A DNA stretch of 63,545 bases, the filler included, from Octopus bimaculoides (lineage: Eukaryota), in assembly GCF_001194135.2 (NCBI RefSeq). It is 4 parts of 4 records of this genome, joined end to end, with 100 filler letters (N's around TTAATTAATTAA, not from the genome) between each part and the next. Parts side by side here need not be neighbours in the genome. Positions count along the whole stretch, not along the records: positions 35,902 to 61,853 come from NC_068984.1; 3 more parts are not named here. One strand, given 5' to 3'. Shown here one piece after another: positions 36,973-49,066 of the stretch. How positions within the stretch are numbered: the stretch's first letter is position 1; every line of letters begins with the position of its first letter. The position numbers and the translations under genes are program-made. Below the pieces are notes generated by a model. The model saw only the letters and a program-made list of their open reading frames with translations, did not search any database and had not been told where the DNA came from.

Positions 36973-38133
36973 TGTATGTATGTATGTATGTGTAATTTGT
37001 TATATTAAGTATAAAAATAGTGATTTGTATATCAGGAAATCTAGGAGGTAGATGACAGGTGTAAGTGAAGTGAAATGGTTTCAGTTATGAATCGTATCTG
37101 ATTTACTGGAACTTTCCTTCTACGAACTGAAATTCTACGACAGTCATGACTTCGATAGAGGTTTAAGAGACGTGGATGAGGAGTACCAGCGGGAAAAGAA
37201 AACCGGTTCATACATTCCGCTATGTTAAGAGACGTCCGCTCTTTTTTGGTTATGCCCTTTCTAATTGATATTCATAAATCCTTCTCAATAGCACAATGTT
37301 GATTATTTGAAAGAATGGAAAACTAAATACGATTATTTTAATTCCTTGCCTTTCCGAATAGAACAAGCAAAATACCTGAAATATAATGGCTTCAAAGCTT
37401 AGTATTCTGTTTCCTGGAAGCTTAAACCTTTTTTTCAATGGTCTTCGCCATTTTATTCTATTCAGAAATAATAGCCATGGATTCTTCATATTACAAATAC
37501 TTCGCCTATATCAATAATGACTTCTTCCTCAACTTCTCTTTCACTTCATTCTTCAACTTATCTTGTTCTCTTCTTTTACTTCATTTTGTTTCCCTGTTTG
37601 TCTTTTCTTTTTCTTCTTTCTTTCTTGCTTGTTTCCTTTCCTTTAACGCTTACTTTTTACCTTCTTTCTCCCTTCCTTTCAAGGCAGCATTAGCAAGCAA
37701 GCGAGAAGAATAGGAGGAAAGAAAGATGGTGGAAGGAGTGGCAGGTGGAGGAAAGGGAAATGAGGAGGAGGATGGAAAAGAGAAAGACGGCTAGAGGATG
37801 ATTGAAACAACAGTTACACATCTATAAAATAATAGAAAACAGCATGTATAGGTTTTTAAACCAAGACAGTAAGTTATAACAAATATAAACAATATCCATA
37901 TACTGTATGTATAGATATATAAACATACATGTGAATGTATATATTACGTTATAAAAATATAAAACCTTCGAGAGAACGTGAAATAATCCCTTTTTAGTGG
38001 TGGAAGTCAATTTAAATAGTTATATCGTGCACATATTGGGTAAAAACCCCTTTGTGTAGAAAAAGTCGAAAGCTACTCGCATATTTTCTCAACAGTAAGT
38101 TTTTGCGCGCGCGCGCACACATTTACATATATG

Positions 38134-38164
<31 letters not shown>

Positions 38165-38767
38165 CCCCTTTTTTTCCCTCTCTCTTCTTTCCTCTAATTC
38201 TTTTTATCTCCTCCTTTCCTCCTTTCGTTTTTTTCTCTCTCATCCTGTCTCTAATTCTTTTTCCCCCCTTCACCGTTTTCTATCTTCCCCTCTCTCTTTC
38301 TCACTCTTCCTTCTTTACTCTCTCGTTACTCACACGTAATCATCGGCCATCTTTCTTTCCTTCCGGACTGACGCACAGATCAGACGCATTATTGTCTGTC
38401 TCCTCTCCTTTTTTCTCCTGTCAAAGCTTGTTCCTCCAGTGTTCGCCATCTCACCTCGTTATGGCTTAGCAGTCCTCACTGTTTTGTTTTCACTGTCCTG
38501 TTTTTGTTACCACCTTTGACCCACCGCAAATCCCAAATTTTATTTTGATCTGCGGGAGCAACTGTTTCCTCAAAGGCACATCTTGTCGTAATTGCTCGAA
38601 ATGTGGAGTAGATAAACAGCTGACAACTGATGAAGTGTCGTTCTTTATGTCACTTGACTTGTTCTTCCATTTGTCTCTTTCGTTGTTCGCAAAAAAATTC
38701 ATATTCCATGTTTTCGTATTTCGTATTTCATGTTGTTTATATATATATACAAGCTTTATATATAGAG

Positions 38768-38945
38768 AGTGCAGGAGGCGTGTGGTTCGGTGGTTGAGGT
38801 GTTGTACTCATCGTAAGTTTGGGATTTTGATTCTTCGACCGAACGATGCGTTGTGTTCTTGAGCAAAGCACTTCAATTCGGATTGCTCCAGTTGACTCCA
38901 CTTCCAAAACTGAGTAATCCTGCGATGGACTGGCGTCGCACCGTA
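38768..38945 (+). mobile_element. V-SINE-like element, CpG-intact
   Basis: ggaggcgtgtggttcggtggttgaggtgtt...gcgttgtgttcttgagcaaagcacttc...aatcctgcgatggactggcgtcgc. Confidence 0.65.
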
Positions 38946-40635
38946 GGGCTATTACGTGCTCCACAGAATCTGGGAAACCAGTTGTGGCTCGGAAAGGACC
39001 TTTGATCCTTGATGGTGCTAAAAGACATCTAAGGATTTAGAAACTATGATATTTTAAAATTCTTATGTAGCTTTTGTGATACTCTTTACAAATTTTCAAT
39101 TCCTATAAAAACAATATATACTCCACACTAACACAAAATAGAATCAACTGGTCTGTAATACATGCGTGTACTGTACAAGTATGTGACATTGAGAAGCCGC
39201 GACAACGGTGAAATATGTAAGTGTCTGTGGTTCTCGAGGCGACTTTTGAGACAATTTTGTTTTGCCTTAATCTAAAGTATATTGTCTTTTAACACAAAAC
39301 CTCTATAAAAGGATTTTTCCGGACGAAAATCGCATTTCCTGGCGTTTCAACAGCACACACACACATTAAGTATGTTATATTGAAAAGTGTATGCGCCTAT
39401 GTATATGCATACATGAACTTTTTCATTTGTGTGTGTGTATATATATATATACATACATCGCTTCTATGCACACCATTACTGCAGTATTTTATGGAAATCC
39501 TCACTTTGCTCAGTGCAGACTTTCTCAATTTGTTATTTTATTGCTAAACTCACAACCGGCTGTAATCTCTAAAAACTTTTTTCAGTTGTTAATGTCGTAG
39601 AAAGGCGATGAACTGATGCTATATTGTTCTATATTGTTTCATTACCGCATTTCATCTTTTGCTTCGCTCTCTCGTTCCATTTCTTAATGATATTTTTTTT
39701 TATGACTAAGTTTTCATATTGTTCTCCTTTATTTCTTCTTCATTGGTAACTTTAGGCATTGTGATGGAGAATATGACAAAGAATAAAAAAACAAAAATTT
39801 GCTGAATATTGCACCAGGCGTTTCATATGTCTTAACGGTGTTCGCTTTACAAATGGTTGCAACAAACGTAGTTTAATGTCTTGCCGGTAGTTTCTTACTG
39901 TACAAACAGGTTTGAAAACTGCTGTTAGCTAAGGCTCTTTCTTCTTTTTCTTTATCCTGGGTACTGTTATTTCGGAAGGGCCCTGTAGATTTATTGATTG
40001 TGATGATGATGATGATGATGATGATGATGACTACGATGACGACGACGATGACGATGATGATGACGATGATGCTGATGAAGATACTGGTAGTGTTGGTGTT
40101 GTTATTATTGTTGTTGGTGGTGGTGGTGGTAGTGGTGGTGGTGACGATGACAATACAGAAGAAAACTAAGACGAGAGAAGCATGTGATATTGACGAGGTT
40201 ACTTGTACCAGGTCAGTCTTGATACGCCAAATATTTGATTAGAAGAAATTCCCGCTGTGACTCAAATGAAACCTTCATTTGGTTGTGGGTTCAATTCCTG
40301 GAGCGGGTAGCGTGTTGCATCCTTCACCAAGTCGCTTCATTTCGCATTACCCCACTTCACTCAGCTGAAAGTGAATACTACTGACATTTGACTGGTATCT
40401 CATTCAGAGATGAATCAATGAAGTAAACAAACTCTAAACCAGGTGATGTGGCTTACAAAACCATTAAGTTCAACAACAATCTATCAAAAGTAATCCAGTT
40501 ATGACTACTTCATCAATTAAGACGTTCGGATGCAATTTGAGGGAAATTTGGCTATTATTTCTTCTTATAGGAGTGGTTATTTTGGTTTATAATCATTATA
40601 TTTATAATGAGAAGAGGAGGATATAGAAGTTATGT

Positions 40636-40672
<37 letters not shown>

Positions 40673-40683
40673 CAGCAGCAGGT

Positions 40684-40752
<69 letters not shown>

Positions 40753-41573
40753 ATAGCAGTAGTTTTTACTGTTGTATATATATCCCAGATCATTCCCAAG
40801 CCGTGACAATCCGTCTTTCATATATGCAAGACATCGTGTAATGTGAGCTTTTAAAAGAAGGCTGTGGGCGATTTAAGAGAGTTTTGGCTGTTATTTTTAC
40901 AGGTCAAACAACATCATAGAGCCTTCCTCATTAGATCCTGTTGCTGTTTTTGTTGTTGCTGCATTTATTTATGATGTGTAGTTGTTGTCGGTGGTAGTTG
41001 CTCTGAAGAGTGTGTGGTGTTGCGCTGTCGGGTAGTGCACACGTTAGTGTGCACTTACATGTGGTGAATATAGTGGTGGTCGTGGTGATGATGGATATCA
41101 CTGAAGATACCTATCAATGCCACCCACGGACACACATTATTGAAAATGATGATAAAGAGGAAAAGAAAGAAGTGAGAAATGTATGATGAAAACGACTATA
41201 AAGTGGAAGACTAATATTAATAACCGAATAATAATAAGGACGGTGGGGGCGCGGCGGTGGTGGTGTGTTGCTGAATTTGACGATGATAATGAAGAGGAGG
41301 GGGAAGGGAAAGGAGAGAGGGAGGAAGAGGATAGGAGGAAGCGGATGGGAGGAAGCGGATAGGAGGAAGAGGATAGGAGGAAGAGAGGAGGAGAGGGAAG
41401 GGAATAGGGGGAGGGGAAGGAGGATGAGAGAAGTGTGAGGGTAAGTGTGAGGAGGAGGAGGAGGAGNNNNNNNNNNGAGGTGTAATAAGGAGGATAGCAG
41501 GAGGAAGAGGGGAGTGGAGCGTAGAGGAGAGGAAGAGGGGGTGCTATGGTAGACAAAAGAGTAGCTAAGAGAA

Positions 41574-41643
41574 GGAAGAAGAAGAAGAAGAAGAAGAAGA
41601 AGAAGAAGAAGAAGAAGAAGAAGAAGAAGAAGAAGAAGAAGAA
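41574..41643. repeat. (GAA)n tract within a purine-rich region
   Basis: Pure GAA run; a second, longer run lies at about 43064-43152. Confidence 0.95.
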
Positions 41644-42225
41644 ACGCGAGGAGGAAAAAGAAAAAGAAAAGTAGGAGAAAAGGAGGTGAAGAAAAAGGAA
41701 AACAAGAACAAAACAAGAAGGGAGGAGAAGAAAAAGGAAAACAAGAACAAAACAAGAAGGGAGGAGAAGAAAAAGGACAACGATGACGGCAATGACGAGG
41801 TAAAGAAGGAGGACGAAGAGAAGATCAACAACAACATATCAGCAACAGCAATAACAACAACAATAAGTAAAAAGAAAAATAAATGACAACAAAAATGAAG
41901 CAAAACCAAAAATTGGGTTGAAATAGAGAGAATTGAAAAGAGAAAAAGGAGAATAAAGAACAGCAATTTTGAATTCAAGAGAAAAGTATTTGGATTTAGC
42001 AAATGGTCGACGCCAGACAGTTGCCTTTGAAATATCCTTGGCATGACTCAATCATCGGATGTAGCCGTTCTTTGAAATGAAAATATTCTGTAAGTCTGAC
42101 ATTTACGTGATAGGCAGTCTTGCAAAATTAGACACCATTTTAAATATTTCATATTTTGTGGAATGAACCGAATAAAATTGTATTGGAAGATCAATGTATT
42201 TTTGATAATTATTAAGTTAAACACA

Positions 42226-42905
42226 AGGTGGTGAGCTAGCAGAATCTTCGAGCATCGGAAAAATGCCTTGCAATATTTGTTCCGATTCGTCTGACTTTAT
42301 GTTCTGGGTTCAAATACCGCCGGGGTCCACTTTGCCTGTCATCGTTTCGTGGTCGATAAAATAACTGCCAGTCAAGCACTGTAATCGATGTAATCGACTT
42401 AGCCCCATCTCCAAAGCTACTGGTCTTGTACAAAATTTGAAACCAATATATATCCCGATTCAGCCGTCTTTACGTTCTGGATTCAAATGCTGCTGGAGTC
42501 GACTTTGCTGTTCATCGTTTTGGGGTCGATAAAATAAATTCCAGTTGAACACTCTGGTTGATGTAATCGACTTTCTCCTTGTCCTGAAATTGCTCGCCTT
42601 GTACCAAAATTTGAAATCAGTATTTGTTCCGATTCTTTATACTTTCAGTTCAAACACGGCTTTAGTAAACCTACTCTTCATCCATCTGGAGTCGATGAGA
42701 TAAAGTAGGAGTCTAGTATGGAGGTCCATTTAATAGACTAACACCTCTTCTCAAAATCGCTAGCCTTCTGTCTAAACATTTTTTCTTTCTACTATAGGTA
42801 GAAAGCCTGACATTTTGTTAGAGAGGACTAGTCGATTACATCGACCCAGTGCTTAGCTGGTATTCAATTTATCAACCTCAAAGAATAAATGGTGGAATTC
42901 GAACT
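42226..42905. mobile_element. Array of SINE family B units: three tandem (+) and one inverted (-)
   Basis: Core gtc(g/c)actttgc...gtcgataaaata...gatgtaatcgact recurs at about 42325, 42500 and 42680; the reverse complement lies at 42781-42905. Confidence 0.8.
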
Positions 42906-43350
42906 GCTTTGCGTTCTAAATTAAGTACCAAAATTAGATAAATACAAAAGAAGAGTGGAAGAGAAGGGGAGGAGGGGAAGTGAGAAAGAGGAAGAGTCGG
43001 TACTATAGTAGACAAAAGAGTAACCAAGAGGCGGAAGTGGGAACAGAAAAGGAGGGGGAAGACGAAGAAGAAGAAGAAGAAGAAGAAGAAGAAGAAGAAG
43101 AAGAAGAAGAAGAAGAAGAAGAAGAAGAAGAAGAAGAAGAAGAAGAAGAAGAAGAGGGAGGAGGAGGAGGACTGAGAGAATGTGTAAGTCTGTATCTGTA
43201 TCTGTGTAAAACGGATCTCTCTATATGTGTGTGTGTGTGCCTACATGTATGTATATATATGTAGTTGAAATTTACAGAAACACAAAACACGGAGACTGGT
43301 GTATGAACAACAAGCAGGTGTGTTAGTTTGACGCTCGGGAAAGTGAAAAA

Positions 43351-43390
43351 TTCTTTTACGTTTCGAGCCTAAGCTCTTCAACAGAAAGAA
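43351..43390 (-). ncRNA. Minimal type I hammerhead ribozyme-like motif (Penelope type)
   Basis: Minus strand: UUCUUU [helix I] CUGUUGA A GAGC-uuag-GCUC [helix II] GAAA CG U A AAAGAA [helix I]. Perfect 6-bp helix I, 4-bp helix II and palindromic ACGU helix III; core A6 is replaced by U. Confidence 0.6.
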
Positions 43391-43548
43391 ATAAGAGAAA
43401 ATAAACAGAGAGAGAAAAACCACTTGTGGATTTAGCGGTCAAGCATGGCGACTGGTTAGGTCTGAAAGGCGAGGTTGAAAGAAGTGGGTATAATAAAGTA
43501 TTGGTGATCTCAAAACGAAGGTGCACATGCGTGTGTGAGTATGTGAAA

Positions 43549-43600
<52 letters not shown>

Positions 43601-44057
43601 NNNNNNNNNNNNNNNNNNNNNNNNNNNNNNNNNNNNNNNNNNNNNNNNNNNNNNNNNNNNNNNNNNNNNNNNNNNNNNNNNNNNNNNNNNNNNNNNNNNN
43701 NNNNNNNNNNNNNNNNNNNNNNNNNNNNNNNNNNNNNNNNNNNNNNNNNNNNNNNNNNNNNNNNNNNNNNNNNNNNNNNNNNNNNNNNNNNNNNNNNNNN
43801 NNNNNNNNNNNNNNNNNNNNNNNNNNNNNNNNNNNNNNNNNNNNNNNNNNNNNNNNNNNNNNNNNNNNNNNNNNNNNNNNNNNNNNNNNNNNNNNNNNNN
43901 NNNNNNNNNNNNNNNNNNNNNNNNNNNNNNNNNNNNNNNNNNNNNNNNNNNNNNNNNNNNNNNNNNNNNNNNNNNNNNNNNNNNNNNNNNNNNNNNNNNN
44001 NNNNNNNNNNNNNNNNNNNNNNNNNNNNNNNNNNNNNNNNNNNNNNNNNNNNNNNNN

Positions 44058-44092
<35 letters not shown>

Positions 44093-44497
44093 TTATATAT
44101 AGAAACTTGGCAAAGGCTAAGCAACCAGAGATTATGCTAACCACTTCATCATTCTCATTACATAGACATACACCTTCTTAAACAATTTTTGTGGTTGCTA
44201 GTAGCTAGGCGTTGGTCTCTGATCAAATGCTTTTCTGTTTTTACCTCAGACCTTTTGGTTCAATACTATCGTTAACTCTTTGGCTGTCATTTACTTTCTC
44301 ACTATCAATCTTTTATGAAATATTGACAATGGAGTGAATTTTGCCTTTATTTTCTCTTCACTATGATTTGGAAATAAATCTATTTTCATTTTGTTTAGTT
44401 TTTGTGTAACTCTTTTAAATGTTTTTGTCATACGCTAAATTTGTTATGTCAGTATAGTTGGTTTGCTGTTTGTATTTGTATTTTGTTGCTTCTTCAT

Positions 44498-44558
<61 letters not shown>

Positions 44559-45644
44559 AAGAATGAGAAAAAGAAAACGATTTCTTTGTGCTTGTTTCAT
44601 TACTATACTGACCGGTTTCTTTTTCCTACATTCTAAATATTTTTCTAGCTCTGTTGTTCTTATTTTGTTGTAGTTATATTTTCTTTCATAGGGTAACGTC
44701 ATTCATGTGTGAGGTAGAGTAAATATATTGTATCTATATCACCTTTGGAATTATAAGTTGGGTTAACTGGTAAATCGTTAGACAGTCAGACGAAATTAAT
44801 TGCATTATATCTTCTGCGTCTTTATGCTCTGGTTTCAAATCACACCAAAGTTAACTCGGCGGAAAAGGAGGAGACCAGAGGGAAGGAAGACAAAATGGTG
44901 GTGGAAAAAATGAGCGAAAAGAAACCTGAAGAAGTGTTCAAGGAGGTGTTGCATAAGGATGTGTCATTGGTTAGGACACCGGTTGTTCTAGTGGAGGAGG
45001 AAGGTTTGGAAATGCAATTGGAGAGTCTGCTCAGGGAGGTGGAAGAAAGGAAAGGAGAAAACCAACGAGAAAAGGAAAATTTCGATGGAATTTTGTGACG
45101 TACACAAAAAGCAAAGAAACTGAAAAGAAAGTATTAAGTTTAAACATACTATAAGAGTTAAGTTGCCCATGGATGTGTATTCCGAGAATCGTGGTTGACA
45201 AAGACACCTACAACAGACTAAAAAGCGTGTGGAAATGGGATTGACCCGCCAGGTGTGATGGTGGAGTTCGATGAATTGTGACCAGTAGTGGAGCTAAAAA
45301 ATTTAGAACCTTTCAGTGTAAGTAAAATTGTTTTATTGAAGAAAGAAGGGATAGAAATAAAATTGTTTCATTTTTAAAAAAAGGGAAAAACGAGAAAAGC
45401 AATAAGATAATAGAACGATTGTAAATAGTTTATATAAATGTTCAAATGGTACTGCATGGGAGTGGGGTCCATGCAGCCATTTCAGTTTTCATCTTATATA
45501 ACATCTCATTTTCATTCGTTTTATGTTTTTTTGTCCCCACAGAGGTGTCTTTGTAGTGTACCCTCTGTGTTGTGGCCGTAGTGCCAAAATAAAGAAACAT
45601 TGGCGGAGGTCTGCGCTCTTTGGGTGTTCTTGCTATCATTATTA

Positions 45645-45895
45645 TTAAGGCGGCGAGCTGGCAGAATCGTTAGCATACCTGGCAAAAATACTTAGCGGCA
45701 TTTTGTCAATCTTTACGTTCTGAGTTCAAATTCCACCTAGGTCGATTTTCACCTTTCATCCTATAGGAAAAGATAAAATAAGTACCAGTTGAACGCTGAG
45801 GTCGATGTAATCGACTTATCCCCACCCACTACAAATGTCAGGCCTTGTGCCTATAATAGAAAGGATTATTATTATTATTGTTATTGTTGTTGTTA
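45645..45895 (+). mobile_element. SINE family B with (ATT)n tail
   Basis: aaggcggcgagctggcagaatcgttagc...ggccttgtgcctataatagaaaggattattatt. Confidence 0.9.
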
Positions 45896-45899
45896 TTCT

Positions 45900-46170
45900 G
45901 ATAGTCTCTCGGATAGTTCTTAATTACCACTTATTCTTTACTTGAAAGTATGCAATAACAAATCACCAAAGGTTTCTCTTGTGACTCATTAGAATGCGAG
46001 CTGTACCCATCAATGCCGTCTTCTGCATCACCTCGAGCCTGACAGTAGCTGCAATATTCATATGTTTTTCAAAGCCTTCGGAAACTGCCCCTAATGATCC
46101 AATTACCACCGGTATCACCGTCGCTTTCCTCATACCCCATAACTTTCCTATCTCATCCCGCAGTGGCATT
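45900..46170 (-). mobile_element. 5'-truncated R4/Dong-clade LINE (RLE C-terminus + 3' UTR)
   Basis: Minus translation LRDEIGKLWGMRKATVIPVVIGSLGAVSEGFEKHMNIAATVRLEVMQKTALMGTARIL. This matches the R4/Dong C-terminal pattern ExxxLW...VIPVVIGALG...LQKxALLGTARIL. It is flanked by (AAT)n on its sense strand. Confidence 0.85.
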
Positions 46171-46203
46171 TTCTTCTTCTTCTTCTTATTATTATTCTTA
46201 TTA

Positions 46204-46234
<31 letters not shown>

Positions 46235-46245
46235 CATCATCATCG

Positions 46246-46313
<68 letters not shown>

Positions 46314-46314
46314 T

Positions 46315-46550
46315 AAGGCGGCGGGCGAGCTGGCAAAATCGTTAGCACGCCGGGCGAAATGCTTAGCGTTATTTCGTCTGCTGCTACGTTCTGAGTTCAA
46401 ATTCTGCGGAGGTCGACTTTGCCTGTCATCATTTCGGGGTCGATTAAAAAAGTATCAGTTAGGCACTGGGGTCGATGTAATCGACTTAATCCCCTTCCCC
46501 AAGCTGCCCCTGTGGCAAAAATTTAAAATCATTATTATTATTATTATTGT
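46315..46550 (+). mobile_element. SINE family B, CpG-intact
   Basis: gcgagctggcaaaatcgttagcacgccgggcgaaatgcttagcg...gaggtcgactttgcc...ggggtcgatgtaatcgactt. Confidence 0.9.
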
Positions 46551-48038
46551 TTAGCTCAATAATTGTTATTTTGTATCGGTATCGTTTTCAATTGATAATC
46601 TCAAGAAAACGCATACTGAAAAGAACAGGTTTCCTAAGATCTCTTGCTAAGAGTCCGCATGTAATGTTTGAATCATACGTGACAAATTTATCTTCACCAC
46701 AAACAGAGTTCACTATGATTAATCTTTTGATCTTTTTTCAGCTTTTATAGAGTCGCACATGTTCTGTTACTAAAACAGCAACGTATTCTTTCTATAAAAT
46801 GGTTTTCAGGTACAAGTGAAATGTGAACGTAAAAAAAAAAAGAAAACAGAAAAATGAACAGAGCTTATTATTATAACAGGTTAATGCCGTGTTTTCAGCA
46901 AAGATTGAATCAATCTGTTTCAAAATAATATACTTGAAATGTATTCCATGTTTTGAAATATTCTTGCTTTTTAAAGAATGCCTGGTTATATGAGGTGTGA
47001 CTAAAAAAATTTCTTCAACACAAACGGCAATGTTTAAATCTGTGGAAGAAGTTTCCAGGAATGCTTTCATCTGTGAAACAAAAACAAAATTGTTAATGGG
47101 AAAAACATAATTTTAAGATGCCAGATATTTTCACAGTCACTGATTGAGAGTTATATGGAACGTGAAAACATAACCATAGGTTACGTATAATTAATATCGG
47201 TTACGTATAATTAATATCATTGATTGCCGTATACAGCAGCTTCTGTGGTTGAGACTGCGATGCCGTTTCGTTTCAAGTTTATATTTGCTTATGTCACTAA
47301 TACAGTGAAAAGCTCGCTCAATGTGTGTGTGTGTGTGCGTGCGCGAGGGGAGTATCCGTGTCTAAATTTGTTTGTACTCGTATAAACCAGTTTAAAGCTT
47401 TTGTATTTACTCCCTAAAGAGAGGCAACGCACTTTTTAAGGGACGTACCTAACCCAGGTAAATACAACCATTAAATGAATAGAGACCGATTAAATGCGTG
47501 CCAAGTTAAAAACTGGGGTCAATTTAATTGAATAACTTTGGAGGCTAGAATCTAGACAGAACGGATATGTTTTGTTTCGTTTCCTCAAATATGTAGATAA
47601 AAAAATTTAAATACCAATTTTTACTGAATTTATAAATTGTCACTTCATTAAAATATATACATATAAAAAGAGATAATTAATAAAACATCAAAAATATGTA
47701 CCTATACTTATTGGTTGCTTAATAAGCCGTTTTATTCCAACACGTAACACTCTAGTAAATCCAGATACAGATGTGTGTGTACACGCGCGCGTGTGTTTTG
47801 ATTTCCTCTGCAATTATAAATCTTGAAATCGTGGCTATCTGTACAGTTTAGAACTGTAAGCTGGTAGAAATGCCCTGCGGTAAATGATCTTTTTACGTTC
47901 GGTGCTCAGTTTTCGCCGAGGTCATTTTTAGTGTTCATCCCTGCGAGCTCGATAGAATAAGGCGCCAGTCAAATTCTGGCGATAAATGAATAGAGAAATG
48001 AACAGACTGACAGACAAGCAAGCAGGCAGGCAGGCAAG

Positions 48039-48073
<35 letters not shown>

Positions 48074-48084
48074 ATAGATAGATG

Positions 48085-48134
<50 letters not shown>

Positions 48135-49035
48135 ACCGAAATGTAGATGAGCCGATAAAAGCAGCAACTGAACTTTACGAACTGACTTGATGTTAACTAT
48201 CACAACCACACTGCTGAGTCACTGATAACTCCGCTCAATTTACATTCAGTTGAAGTCCCGTCAACAGCCACCGTAATTACGTCCCTTTTCTATACCTTGA
48301 CTACCCCCACAATGATCGCTGTACTGGCCGTTGCTTTGACTACACGCCTGTCAGGAACTCAGTGGTTGCCCAAACCTCTAATCTGGGGGAGAGCAGTACT
48401 GACCTTTATCCACACTAGTTCCACTAGTCACCATCATCCGTAAGAATAACATCATCTGCCACCGTCCACTCCTCCTTTCTACATGAATTGTGAATGTTTC
48501 AAACATTATTATCGTTATGCTGGAGAGAATCTTACTTTGCTATTGGCGCATTTTCTATATCTGTTGTGATCTCTTGACATCTTTTATATATTTTTTAAAC
48601 ATTATAGTAACATATATAAATTTGTCTCTCTCTGAGGTTGTATGGTTGTATATCTGTTACCTTAGTTTTGTTTGCACTATCAAAATATCTGCTGTCCTAT
48701 TTTGCTTTTTGTAATTGCTATGAGTGAGTTCTTGTGTGGATACATTAGCAGGATATCTGGATATGTGAACTGAAATACAAGATATCAATAAAATTATATT
48801 AAAAAGAATATTGAGTGATTTTATATATCCATGTCTATTGAATTTAACACAGGAAAACAAGCTTACGTGAGATGCAATTTTTTTTTTTTTTTTTTCGTTC
48901 TTTCATGTATGTATAAAGCTGTGCAAAAATGTGATATTTATTAGTTTTATTTCTGAATACAAATCTATTTTAGCCTGGGGAACACTAGAAATTAAACAGC
49001 ATTTTAAAACTTCTATATATGTGCGCACGCGCATG

Positions 49036-49066
<31 letters not shown>

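Noticed and set aside
36060-37500. Coding-like AT-rich stretches with sparse stops (36060-36430 minus, 37290-37470 plus)
   Set aside because: No recognisable family; they may be old element debris, and cannot be supported without a search.
44870-45300. Glu/Lys-rich ORF (MVVEKMSEKK...) next to a truncated SINE
   Set aside because: It may be a decayed LINE ORF1, but no motif could be identified, so no call was made.
47176-47222. 21-bp tandem duplication (and a 20-bp one at 56820-56860)
   Set aside because: Ordinary slippage duplications with no further structure.
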